Origin: Diplonema japonicum
Taxonomy: Eukaryota > Protista > Euglenozoa: Diplonemea
NCBI GenBank assembly: GCA_964019335.1
Contig: OZ025665.1
Span: forward strand, 124,001 to 188,000
Length of the DNA stretch: 64,000 nt
Reading direction: 5' to 3'
Below are positions 53,332 through 63,359 of the stretch, in pieces. A program made the translations under genes and the position numbers. Each line of letters begins with the position of its first letter. Within the stretch, counting starts at the first letter, position 1. The notes under the pieces are model-generated. The model made no database searches and was not told where the DNA came from. It saw only the letters and a program-made list of their open reading frames with translations.

Positions 53332-53662
53332 TACCCCCCCCCCCCCCCCCGACACTTTCTTCAACAACGAAAAAGAGGAACGAAAAAAGAGAGGAAGAAA
53401 AAAAAAAAGAGTTCTGTAATTATATTTTTCTTTTCTCTCTTTTTCTTCTTTGTATTTGCAGGGGTTTCCAACCGACACCAACAAGACCGTGGACCCGGCT
53501 CCCCCTTGTAGGAATAAAAAAAAAAGTGGTGAGCTCTTCGAGAAGCCGAAAAAAAAAAACTGAAAAAAAACAAACAAAAAAAGGGGGGGGAAACAAAACA
53601 AAACGAACAAAGAGTGTGCCCACGTTTTTCTTTTTTTTTCTCTTCTTCTTCTTCCGCTTCTT

Positions 53663-55247
53663 TCAAGTATCGTCCATCTTCGTGTCTTCGGCATCCTTCC
53701 ATTCACTACCTTCACTGAAATCACATGAATCTTTCTCGTCAACATCGTGCATCTGCACGAGGGGGGCCACCTCACCAACACCAACACCACCACCACCACC
53801 ACCGCCATTCGTAAAGGAAACAACACCAATAGCACCGCAAAACAACCACCCGATCAGCCCGGAATAGCAAATCCCGAATATAACCAACAATACCACCGAA
53901 ACAGCGAGGCCCCACCCTGTTTCGCCTTCAACAGAAGTGACGACAAGAGACACAACGAGGTAGATATTGGCAAGGATGATGATCACGGCGATGGTCCACC
54001 CTGCCCGACGAAGTAAGGTGGAGTTTGTCCATGACCTTAGAGTACGTCGATCCGTTGAGAAGTAAAGAAGCGGCAGCACCGCGAAGGGAAGTTGTATGCT
54101 CTGCATAACATTGAGCCATTGCTGCATCACATCAGCATGCTGGCTGGCAAACAACCCAACAAACAACCCAGGCCCGATCGCCACCATTCTCGACAGCAAA
54201 GCACGTTTCCACGCAGGCAGGTTAATCTGTAAATACCCTTGCATCACATATTGCCCGGCATATGTCGACGTCACTGTGGCAGCCTGCCCAGATGCAAGCA
54301 GCCCGACCGCAAATATGTATTTTTCAGCACCGCTGCCATTATGACAGGTTGTTAAGTACTCCCCTGCATTGGCTAATCCGACTTTGGAGTCGATGTCGGT
54401 CCCTGTGCGGCATCGTGCGAAGACGGATACAACAAACAAGTTAATCACAAACGACACGAGCAACGCTACTGTTGACTCGATTCTGTTGTAGTAAACAGCT
54501 TCTTTTAACTTTGTTGCGTCGCTGCGGTCGATGTCCCTTGTCAGGACCAACGCGGAGTGGAGGTACAGATTGTGCGGCATGATGACAGCGCCTATTAAAC
54601 CGACTGCTGTAGCGATGTCTCGCCTCGGCATGATGGGGAGAAGTGTTCCTTGAAGGACGTCCCCTTGTGGAGGGAGTGCACCGAAGTATTGCGCGCCGAA
54701 TGTCAAGGACATCACCGTGATCAGCATTCCGAAAACGAGTTCTAACTTCCTCAAACACTTATCCATTAAGAGGAACGTCAGCGTGTACAAGGCCGTCAGC
54801 AGCACCCCGACCCATAACGGGATCGCGTTGTTCGATAATATTTGCAGTGCGACTGCAGTGCCCATCACCTCCTGACAGTCCACACATATTATGGCTATCT
54901 CCGCCATCGCCCATAGCAAGATTCTAACTGGTTTTGAAAATTCTTCTGCGCATAGTTCTGCGAGATGTTTACCTGTCACGCAGCCTAACTTTGCAGCCAT
55001 AACCTGTAATATGAGTCCCATTAAGGTTGCCCACAGGAGGACCCATAGTAATGTGTATCCTGTGTTGCTGCCAGCTTGGAGGTCGGCTTCTATATTCCCA
55101 GGGTCGAGATATGCCACAGACATCAGGAAGCCCGGGCCGCAGTATTTCCATAGTTCTCTCCAAGAGAAGAGGAATGTGGGGTTGTTGTTGCTGTTGGTGG
55201 TAGATTGTCCGGGAGGTGCTTCAGGTATTTCTAAGGTAGATTCGTCG

Positions 55248-55283
<36 letters not shown>

Positions 55284-55324
55284 GGGTCGAACGGAGATGC
55301 TGGGGTTGGGTTTGGAGCATGCAT
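53663..55324 (-). CDS. NRAMP: NRAMP/SLC11 divalent metal transporter, 553 aa
   Basis: GPGFLMSVAYLDPGNIEADLQAG, GAVIMPHNLYLHSALV, TYAGQYVMQGYL. First ATG at 55324; poly-Asn (AAC)n in the N-terminus. Confidence 0.96.
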
Positions 55325-55704
55325 TGTTTTTTTTTTTTTTTTTTTTTTCCCCACACACCCGCCCTTTTTTTTTGAGGGGTTTTTGTATTTTGGAAAGAAA
55401 AAAAAAGTGGGAAAGTTTTAAAAAAAAAAAAAACATATACGGCGATAGACAAAAGGAAGAAAAAAAAAAAAGAGAAAAAAAAAAACATGAGGAGAGGAAG
55501 CTGCGCTTGCAACGACCCAAAGTCTATAAAACTCTTTTTCTTGTAATGTAGATTTATCTTTTTTTTTTTTCCCCCTCTGTGTCGCGATCCTGCGTGTGTC
55601 TTCCTCCTCTCTTTTCTTTTTTTTTGTGTGTTTTTTTCTTTTTTGTTGTTGCTGCCACGAAAAACTTCGGTTTTGTGGCCTCGATTTGTAGAAATAGAAA
55701 AAGG

Positions 55705-55742
<38 letters not shown>

Positions 55743-55977
55743 ATAATAACTATTGATTTTTGAACAAATAAAGTGAACTTTATTTCCAGCCGAGGGAAGA
55801 ATAAAGTTCACTTTGCTTTAACAATCCAATATTTTATTTTTATTTTATTTCCCGACGACAACTGGCAGTACATTTCTACCTGGAGATTTGTAAGGCTGAA
55901 GGCAAATAAAATTCAAATTAACATGCAAGCTCCCTGAGACAGAAGCCGCCCTAAAAAGGGAAGGGGTATAATCGGTA

Positions 55978-56085
55978 TGGTCAGTACTAGGTATCTCTCA
56001 GTTCGGATATCTTGCGACTCCTCCAGGTGCTGTCCTCTTCAGGCGAGAGGCACCCTTCAATGGCTCCTACTAGTGTCCCAGCAGG
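55978..56085. repeat. Dispersed repeat of about 110 bp, copy 1
   Basis: ggtcagtactaggtatctctcagttc...aggcgagaggcacccttcaatggctcctactag; homologous to 58579-58705. Confidence 0.8.
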
Positions 56086-56176
56086 TGAAGAGAATAAGAA
56101 ACAATTTTGCGGAAAAATATCAATCATCAAGATTGCTCTTGTTTTAACTTCCACTCCTTGCTTGAAGTCATATCGT

Positions 56177-56420
56177 TCAGAGCTTGTGGGCTGCTCGATA
56201 CCGACTCGCCATGCCATCGCTTTGCCACCTTAAATGAGTAGCAAGCTGTGAGGCCGTCGCACCTGAGGCCGAAGCCTCAGTAGCAAAAGCTTCGAGGAAA
56301 CGCGTACGATGCATAAACCTCAGCATTGCTGAGGCCTAACTTTTGTGCAAGATAAATACCTAGCTGGTAAAATGTTGTCTTGCCATGCCACTTCGCCTTG
56401 CGCCCCATTGTAAAGTTCTA
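56177..56420 (-). pseudogene. Tyrosine recombinase catalytic C-terminus, degenerate
   Basis: Minus strand reads GKTTFYQLGIYLAQKLGLSNAEVYASYAFPRSF, then after a 1-nt frameshift near 56287 ATEASASGATASQLATHLRWQSDGMASRY. This matches the H-x-x-R ... AT ... G ... W-x-S ... Y recombinase motif with decay at the catalytic His position. Confidence 0.75.
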
Positions 56421-57633
56421 AAGAAAACATGAGGAAATAAATAAAGTACTTTATTTTCCCTAGGGAAAATAAAGTTCCCGGGGCTCTCAAAGGAAATGAC
56501 AGGGGAGGGAAATAAAAATAAAAATAAAAAAAAATAAAAAAAACAGAGGAATTAGATGGAGGTCGGGGGGGATAATAATCTCTTTCTTTCTTTCCTTTTC
56601 TTTTTCTTTTTGTATTTCTTTTCTCGTTCTTTTCATTCTTCATACCTTGCAACCTAAAATCTTTTAGACTATAATTAGGATTTAAGAATTGGCCGGAGCT
56701 GTGTGTAGAGGGGCTCTCCACCACCGGCTGCTTCGGGTTCCCTAGGTGCATGGAAAATACTTTAAAGCGGTATCCTTAATAAAATCCTGTTTGGGGGCAT
56801 GTGTTCCTTCAAAAGAGGAAAATAGTTGAGATATTTCCTTCTCTTTTTTCTTCTTCTCTTCTTTCAAGCTTTTTAAATTTTCTTTTTTTTTAATTATTAT
56901 TTCTACCACTCATGCCGCGTTGCTGAACAAGAGAGTATGCTAACAAAAAAAAAAAGAACGAAAAAAAAAAAAGAGTTTTTTTTTTTCTCTCTTCAATCTT
57001 ATGAATCTGATATTGTCCCTTTTCGTCTGTTGCTCTAGAAAAACATATAGATAAAAAACGGCAAAAAAATTTTTTGATTCTTTTTTTTTTTTTTTCTTTT
57101 TCCTCTTCGTTCTAAGCTTCTAAATCTTCTGTTTTTTTTTTTTTTTTTTTTTTTGGAAAGAAGAACTATGATGGGGGGGATGGGGTGGCGGAAGAAATGG
57201 AGAAATAAACAAAACAAAAAAAAGAATGGGCAAGTTATTTGCAGCACAACTCTTCTTACAGCTCCTTTTTTTTAAACCTTGATAAAGAGATTCATCTGTA
57301 ACACGATGTGCTTCCAAACATTATTTTTCTTCTTTTTTTTTGATAATTACAAGTAACAAGTGTTAAAAAGAAAAAGAACTTCGACAAAAAAGAAAAAAGA
57401 AAAAAAACAAAAGACAAAGAGCAAATGGTCGTTTCTTTTTCTTTCTTTTTTTTTTTTTTTTTGCAAGACGATAAAATAGAAAAAAAGAAAAAGAACTTCG
57501 ACAAAAAATTCTCATTGTGCGGGATTGTTTCACTTTCGTAAAAATAAAAAAAAAACCTTTTTTTCACACAAAAAGAAAGCCAACACGAGGGTAGGGATAA
57601 CATACCTCAACCTAGCAAGGAAGTAGGGAAGCG

Positions 57634-57689
<56 letters not shown>

Positions 57690-58520
57690 ACCTTGCGCAC
57701 ATGGGGAAGGGAAGAGAATTAGCCTGGAGAGAGAAAGAGAGGGAAGCAGCTGTTGTTTGTACGTGCTGGGTAGAAACCTGGAGATGTTTAAAAGGATTAT
57801 TACACAAAAAAAAAAAAAAAGAATTTTTTTCTTTTTTTTTTTTTTCTTTTTCAGAAGCAGAAACTCTTTAGTTTTTTTCTTTTCTTTCCCCCAAAGCTTC
57901 CCTTAAGAGGGAGACATGAATTTGGTGAGAGGGGAATAGAGATCGGTGACTTCTAGCTTCACTTCACGCCATCTTGGTGCCCTAAACAACACCAAGAACC
58001 GGGTACAGAGACGTTCTTATTTCTTTTCGTCTTTATTTTTAAGTTGGGAGATATGAGGGAGGGGGGGGGGGGGGGGGTGTATTTCTCGTTGTACGCACGA
58101 CCTTCTTGACATTTATTCTTTTTTTCATTTCCCATTTTTTTTTTTCTCGCTTTCTTTACTAAAACAGTATTCTATAGCTTTTTTAAAAAAAAAAAGAAAA
58201 ATTATTTCAAGAAAGACAGTGGGCAGGAAACCAGAGGCGTGTCGTCGAGAAATGTGATTAAGCTTATAAGGGAAACAATGGGGGAAAATAAATATAAGAG
58301 GAAACAAAAAAAAAAAAGGAGGAGGGGACCCTACCGCGGAACTGGGTCTGCTTTACCCATCACTACTGGCTTCAGCTTGTAGATCCGCGTGTAGGCTGGA
58401 ATGAAAAAAAAAAAATAAAAAAATAATAATAAAAAAACATAATTATTGGCGATAACTGCTACACCCTTTCTTTTTTTTTTTTTTTCTTTTTTTCTTTTTG
58501 GTGAGTTCAGTTTCGCAAGG

Positions 58521-58560
<40 letters not shown>

Positions 58561-58578
58561 GCAAACTCCCTTGTTTAA

Positions 58579-58705
58579 GGGTCTGTACTAGGTAGCTCTT
58601 AGTTCCAGACATATTCTCGCAACACCCCCTCGCACCTCCTCAAGGAGCTGTCTTTATTTAGGCGAGAGGCACCCTTCAAAGGCTCCTACTAGCGCCCCCA
58701 GAAAG
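58579..58705. repeat. Dispersed repeat of about 110-125 bp, copy 2
   Basis: ggtctgtactaggtagctcttagttc...aggcgagaggcacccttcaaaggctcctactag. Confidence 0.8.
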
Positions 58706-59331
58706 GTTGGAGAGGACACGAAGCTAGGAAAGAAAGAAAGAAATATATGAGTTAAAGGAGGTTTTTGTGAGACGCCCCTAAAAAAAAAAAAAAAAAAAAA
58801 AAAAAAATAATGCACTCGCTTTCCGTTCTGCATTCTTTTTTTTTGTTAAAAGTGGAGGGGGGGGGGGAATAATCTACTGAAACAGATATTTCTTTTTTCT
58901 TTTCCCCCCTCTTCCCGAACTTCCCCCCTCTCCCAACTTTAAATTCTTTAAATTCTTATTAAAATGCGGCGACGGAAGAATAGCGAGGGAAAGAAGAAAG
59001 ATGCAAGGGAAAAAAGGAAGGGGGGAGGGGGGGGGGAACCCCTGGAAGAGAGAGTCATTTTCATTCTCCCCCCCCCCCCCCTTTCAAAACAAATGTTCCC
59101 TTTTCAAGCTAGCCAGACAGTTCTTGGGATTAACTGCTGCTTCAAGATGCCTATGAGCGCCCATGAATTTTAATTCTTTTATTCGTTTTCATTTTTTCAC
59201 ACATCATCTGAAAAAAAGTCATGAGAACTTCTACAAACAGAAAAAATATCGTTTCTTTTTTTTTTTTCTCTCTTTTCTTTTTTTTTTTTTTTTGTTTTGT
59301 TTTCTCCCCCCTTCCAATTTCTTTTTTTTTT

Positions 59332-61530
59332 TTAAATCTTCCACAGTTTAGGAGTGAAACCCACAACGTGGCTGATGGCAGCCGACAGACAAGACAGCAC
59401 CATGACCCGTGTTATATTGTACAGCAGGGGGTTCATCGAAAGACCGGATATCTGTGTTGTTATTCTTTTGCCGTCTGCACCCAATACCTTGTTAGGCCCT
59501 TCTAGCTCCTTCAACAGTTTCGCGGCCAGTTCCAAGACCTTGTTCGTAAGAAGCAGTTTCTCCTTCTTGACCTTAGTGCGAGTGTCGTTTGGCTTGTCGA
59601 CCACTGCCACCATGCGCAAGTGGATGTTCAGCTGTTCTGTGAGCAGCAAGCTTGAATTCCCGTACTTAGCATTAATGGAGGTGCCTGTGGTCATGAAGTG
59701 CACCACAAGGTAGTAGCTCAGCACCATGGCTGCCATGAACACCTGTGCGTGCAGCACTTCATTGAAGTTTTCAACACTCACATTCTTCGGCCTCTCTGTC
59801 CCTTCGCGGAGCACGATCACCCCTATCAACCCCACCACCGCGAGGAACACCTGGAACGTGAGCGACACAACGCTGTCTGCGGCAATCTCCTGCGGCTCCA
59901 ACCTGAGCCACGCCCTGCTCCCTCGGAGGGTGAGCCACGCCATCACATTCTCAACATTCTTCAACCTGAAGTGCGGGAGGTTGTACCGCTGGCTCCTCCG
60001 AAGCGACGTCAACGCGGAAAAGAACTTCGCGTAAAGGTACCTCTTGTGGTACGTGCGCTCCGCGTGCGTCAAGTGCGTCACCATCTTCCGCACCAAGACG
60101 AACACGCTGACAGCAGAAAGCAGCGCCACGAAGGCGGGCACTGCAGACTGTTCAAGTGGAACTGTGGACGTCGAAGGGTGAAGGAAGATCGTCGCAAGCA
60201 CCTGCAGCACCGAGGGCACGCTGCTAGCGTTGGAATCAACGCACGACGCGTTGCCGTTTTGCAAATCAACAAATTTAATTTCAGGTGCAGCAGCGCCAAG
60301 GGAGTAGAAGTGCGTCAGGACGTCGTCGTTCATAAAGATACGGTGCAGCGTGGGCAGGATACTGAAGAAGAGCGCCGTCCAGAAGGGGATGTCGTAGCTC
60401 GGGGGGCGCTTAAGGGTCTCCTCTTCAACACGCTGCAGGATAACCTCGCGGACCTCTGCAGGGGTCACGGACAGCTTGAAGGGGCTTCTAGTGGCAGGGG
60501 TCGAACGGGACAGGATCTCCTGAAGGGAGCACCCTGAGCGGCGGAGGCACTGGTTACCCCACACGAGCACAGAGATATCATCATCATGCTCTTCGATACT
60601 GCAGGACAGCTGCATGGCAGAGTACGACGAGTCAAGTGTCGTGGAACTGTCCAGCGCTGCATCCAGGAAGTCGTCCCTCCGCTGCTGCTTCGGGCTGTCA
60701 AACCCGTTGTTCAGGAGGTCGTCGTCGTCGTCGTCGTCATCGCTCTCCTCTTCTGTCGACTCGCCCTCTGCTGTCTCAACCTCCTGCAGCACCTCCTGTG
60801 CCTGCACCTCCTTTTCTTTCCTCGCTGCTTTCTTCTGGCTTGCCGTGGGAATCTTCCCGAACACCAGCCCGATAAACACCAGCAGCAGCGGTGGGAAGTA
60901 CACCTCCGATGACGGGACATCCTGCAGCAAAGGGACATTGCACAGCCCAATGTACACCATGCAGCACAGAAACTCCAGAATATAAATAATGGAAGACAGG
61001 GCCCATTCTTGTGGAGAGACTAACCGTGTCCAGTATGAGTAGTAAAGAGGGTAAAACGTAACACGGGTCAAAGCCTTGCGAAGGGCGACCTGTTTGGGGG
61101 GTCTGCAGGAGAGGTCTGTTATCGACTTCATAACATCAACATCGAGGAATCTCTTGAAGGTGGTGGAGGCGCGTTTAGGGGACTTGAGGGGTACCTTTGG
61201 GCTGACAGGGCGGCGGCCCCGGTAGCTGCTGGATTTACTGGAGCAGCTGAAGGGGGAATTATCTCTCTTCCTCCGGGGGGTGTTGTGCCGCGAGGTGTAC
61301 CTTGATCCCGTAAAGCTTTGCAGGTCAGAGAAATCTCGCGGAGAGAGCTCCCTTGGCAGCAACCCCAAGGGTGTGTCGCTGAGTGTCTCTGTCATACCAG
61401 ACGTGTAGCTGTTCCCCCGTTGCAGCCCTGCTCCAACCGGCTCCGTAGTCCGCCGCCCTCTATTTTCACACACATCGAGAGGCTCTAATGGGCTGATGGT
61501 ACGGCTGCCTCGTCGGTTCCGGATTACCAT
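59332..61530 (-). CDS. PHTF: PHTF family membrane protein, 720 aa after removing the in-frame intron 59452-59487
   Basis: LTRVTFYPLY..W, AERTYHKRYLYAKFF..LTSLRRSQRYNLPHFRLKNVENVMAWLTLR, LLTEQLNIHL, GLSMNPLLYNITRV..GF..KLWKI. A 36-nt GTATTG..CAG intron removes the non-conserved insert VLGADGKRITTQ. Confidence 0.92.
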   Translation of the reverse strand: MVIRNRRGSRTISPLEPLDVCENRGRRTTEPVGAGLQRGNSYTSGMTETLSDTPLGLLPRELSPRDFSDLQSFTGSRYTSRHNTPRRKRDNSPFSCSSKSSSYRGRRPVSPKVPLKSPKRASTTFKRFLDVDVMKSITDLSCRPPKQVALRKALTRVTFYPLYYSYWTRLVSPQEWALSSIIYILEFLCCMVYIGLCNVPLLQDVPSSEVYFPPLLLVFIGLVFGKIPTASQKKAARKEKEVQAQEVLQEVETAEGESTEEESDDDDDDDDLLNNGFDSPKQQRRDDFLDAALDSSTTLDSSYSAMQLSCSIEEHDDDISVLVWGNQCLRRSGCSLQEILSRSTPATRSPFKLSVTPAEVREVILQRVEEETLKRPPSYDIPFWTALFFSILPTLHRIFMNDDVLTHFYSLGAAAPEIKFVDLQNGNASCVDSNASSVPSVLQVLATIFLHPSTSTVPLEQSAVPAFVALLSAVSVFVLVRKMVTHLTHAERTYHKRYLYAKFFSALTSLRRSQRYNLPHFRLKNVENVMAWLTLRGSRAWLRLEPQEIAADSVVSLTFQVFLAVVGLIGVIVLREGTERPKNVSVENFNEVLHAQVFMAAMVLSYYLVVHFMTTGTSINAKYGNSSLLLTEQLNIHLRMVAVVDKPNDTRTKVKKEKLLLTNKVLELAAKLLKELEGPNKVLGADGKRITTQISGLSMNPLLYNITRVMVLSCLSAAISHVVGFTPKLWKI

Positions 61531-61771
61531 AAAACTGTTTTCTTTTTTTATTTTTTTTTTCCCTCTTTCTTTTTTTCTTTTTGTTCCCTCGCTGCTGTGT
61601 AATGCGTTACGCGGTTTTAGAGGGGAAAAAAAAAGGAGAAGAAAAAAAACAAGACTTTCTTTTTTGGAAAAAAAAAAGGAGGGGTGCTTTGTTATTCACA
61701 AACCAAAAAAAAAAAGTAGAAGAAAAAAGTAAACTCGTTTTTTTTTTTTTTTTTCCTTTTTGAAAACTTTT

Positions 61772-62549
61772 TTATTTACTCTCCGCGATCTGTTTCGCAA
61801 GTTTCATTCTCGCACCCCTCGCAGGTGTCAATGTCAGCTCAGGGTCCTCCGGCTGTGTGATGGCCTCTTGGAGGATCTCGAACAAGGTGGCTTCCATCAC
61901 CTCTTCTAGGAGAGATTGGAACTCGCCGTTTTGCAAGAGCCTTTTAGTCTGGTTGGTTTCTGACTCATCGTGGTGCTGCTGCAGAGTGGCTGCCAAGAGG
62001 TCAGAGTGGATGGTATCACTGCATGGCACCCCCACTACCTCCCCTGATTGGGTCTTGACGCCGAGCCGGCCTCGGTGCTTTCCAACAATCTTCCCCGAGA
62101 CCTCTTCCTTACCTTCCCCTACTAGCGCTACAACCTCGTCACCTTCATGGAACCTCCTTGCACGGTTTACAGGGTCTTCTTTCTTCTTTTTACAAAACTC
62201 TGCAAAATGCCGCACTGGTGTTTCATCCAGTTCGAGGTACGTCTTTTTTTTTTTTTTTTTTTTTTTTTTGTGAAATACCTCCTCCACCACCGGGTCCCTC
62301 ACCACCTCCAACAACATGTCAGCGATGTGTCCCATTGCGAACATCAGCTCCAGCTCGCTCGGCGGCGGCTGCAGCGCATCAATGTCGCGCCCTACTTCCA
62401 TGCAATCACCTTCTCGATATTGTCCTTCCTCCTTTTAAAAAGAAAAAAAAAGAGGTTCTTTGAATGGGGAAAAAAAAGCAATATGTATATACCAGCTCTT
62501 TCAGCCCCTTGTAATTCTTCGGTGGCGCGCCCAACAGGGGATCGATGTG
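61772..62549 (-). CDS. 3' exons of a larger gene, C-terminus CFAP65-like; exons 62549-62493, 62431-62279, 62242-61772
   Basis: Introns 62432-62492 and 62243-62278 give a continuous frame HIDPLLGAPP...EFQSLLEEVMEATLFEILQEA..LTLTPAR. An acceptor at 62550 implies more exons beyond a long TE-filled intron. Family call is by motif memory only. Confidence 0.55.
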
Positions 62550-63359
62550 CTGTGATTATGTTCATTTATTTAATTCGAGCCGGTTTTTCAAGGGTAGGAG
62601 TGAAAATAAGATTTCACTTTATATCACGCTCAACATTATATTCACTCTCAGTTTATAGGGAAGTAAGGCCCAGTGACATAATGTTACATTATGTCACTCC
62701 TGCACGCCAAACTCCCTAGAAACACAGAAAACGATGGGAAAGGCGATGGGGAAGATAGGAAAAAGTGTGCCGACTGCACAGCACCTCGTAGATCAAGGTG
62801 ATAGTTCCCAGACGCTCAAGAGGACGTTCAATAGGGCATCAGAGAAGATGATAAAGGAGTACATGAAACAGAGTATGGATACGTCTCAAAGATGCTAGTC
62901 AGTCCGCTCAACCCATCCAGCATCAAGATTCTGCAAGTGGGGCCACGCAATCTACTAGCCATGCAACCTCAGGTGGTTCCAGGGGTAGCGATGCGGGATA
63001 AGCCTCGACATCAACATAACCATTAAAGGACGAAGCGCTAGATATCTAGCGATCAAAAAAATTAAGTACCATACACCCTTACCCTTGCACAGAATGACCT
63101 AATTTCGCGTTTTCTTTTCCATCGAAAATCATTTTTGGCCCCTAGATTAACCTCCAAAAACACCCTCGAAACCAGTTTTTGGTAGCACGAAAGCTCAGAT
63201 GAGCAGTACTGATTCAGACGAGTTCGGGAGTGCCCAAGGGACGTTCTCACTGACGATGGGGCCAGTAGTGAGAAGAGTGAAAATACCCTGGGGGAGCGAT
63301 ATTACGCAGGTTAGGCGTAAGAAGTGGCAGGGCACGGGGGGGGGGGGGCAAAAATCACT

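Larger units (their letters stand above)
55745..56520 (-). mobile_element. Internally deleted Crypton-like tyrosine-recombinase element (boundaries approximate)
   Basis: A recombinase pseudogene fragment bracketed by two related hairpins (55770-55814, 56448-56475) and inverted ttatttccc / gggaaataa motifs. Confidence 0.6.

Noticed and set aside
62950-62990. Resemblance to the ingi/L1Tc 77-nt signature
   Set aside because: Only a short partial match; the HDV-like pairing elements cannot be built.
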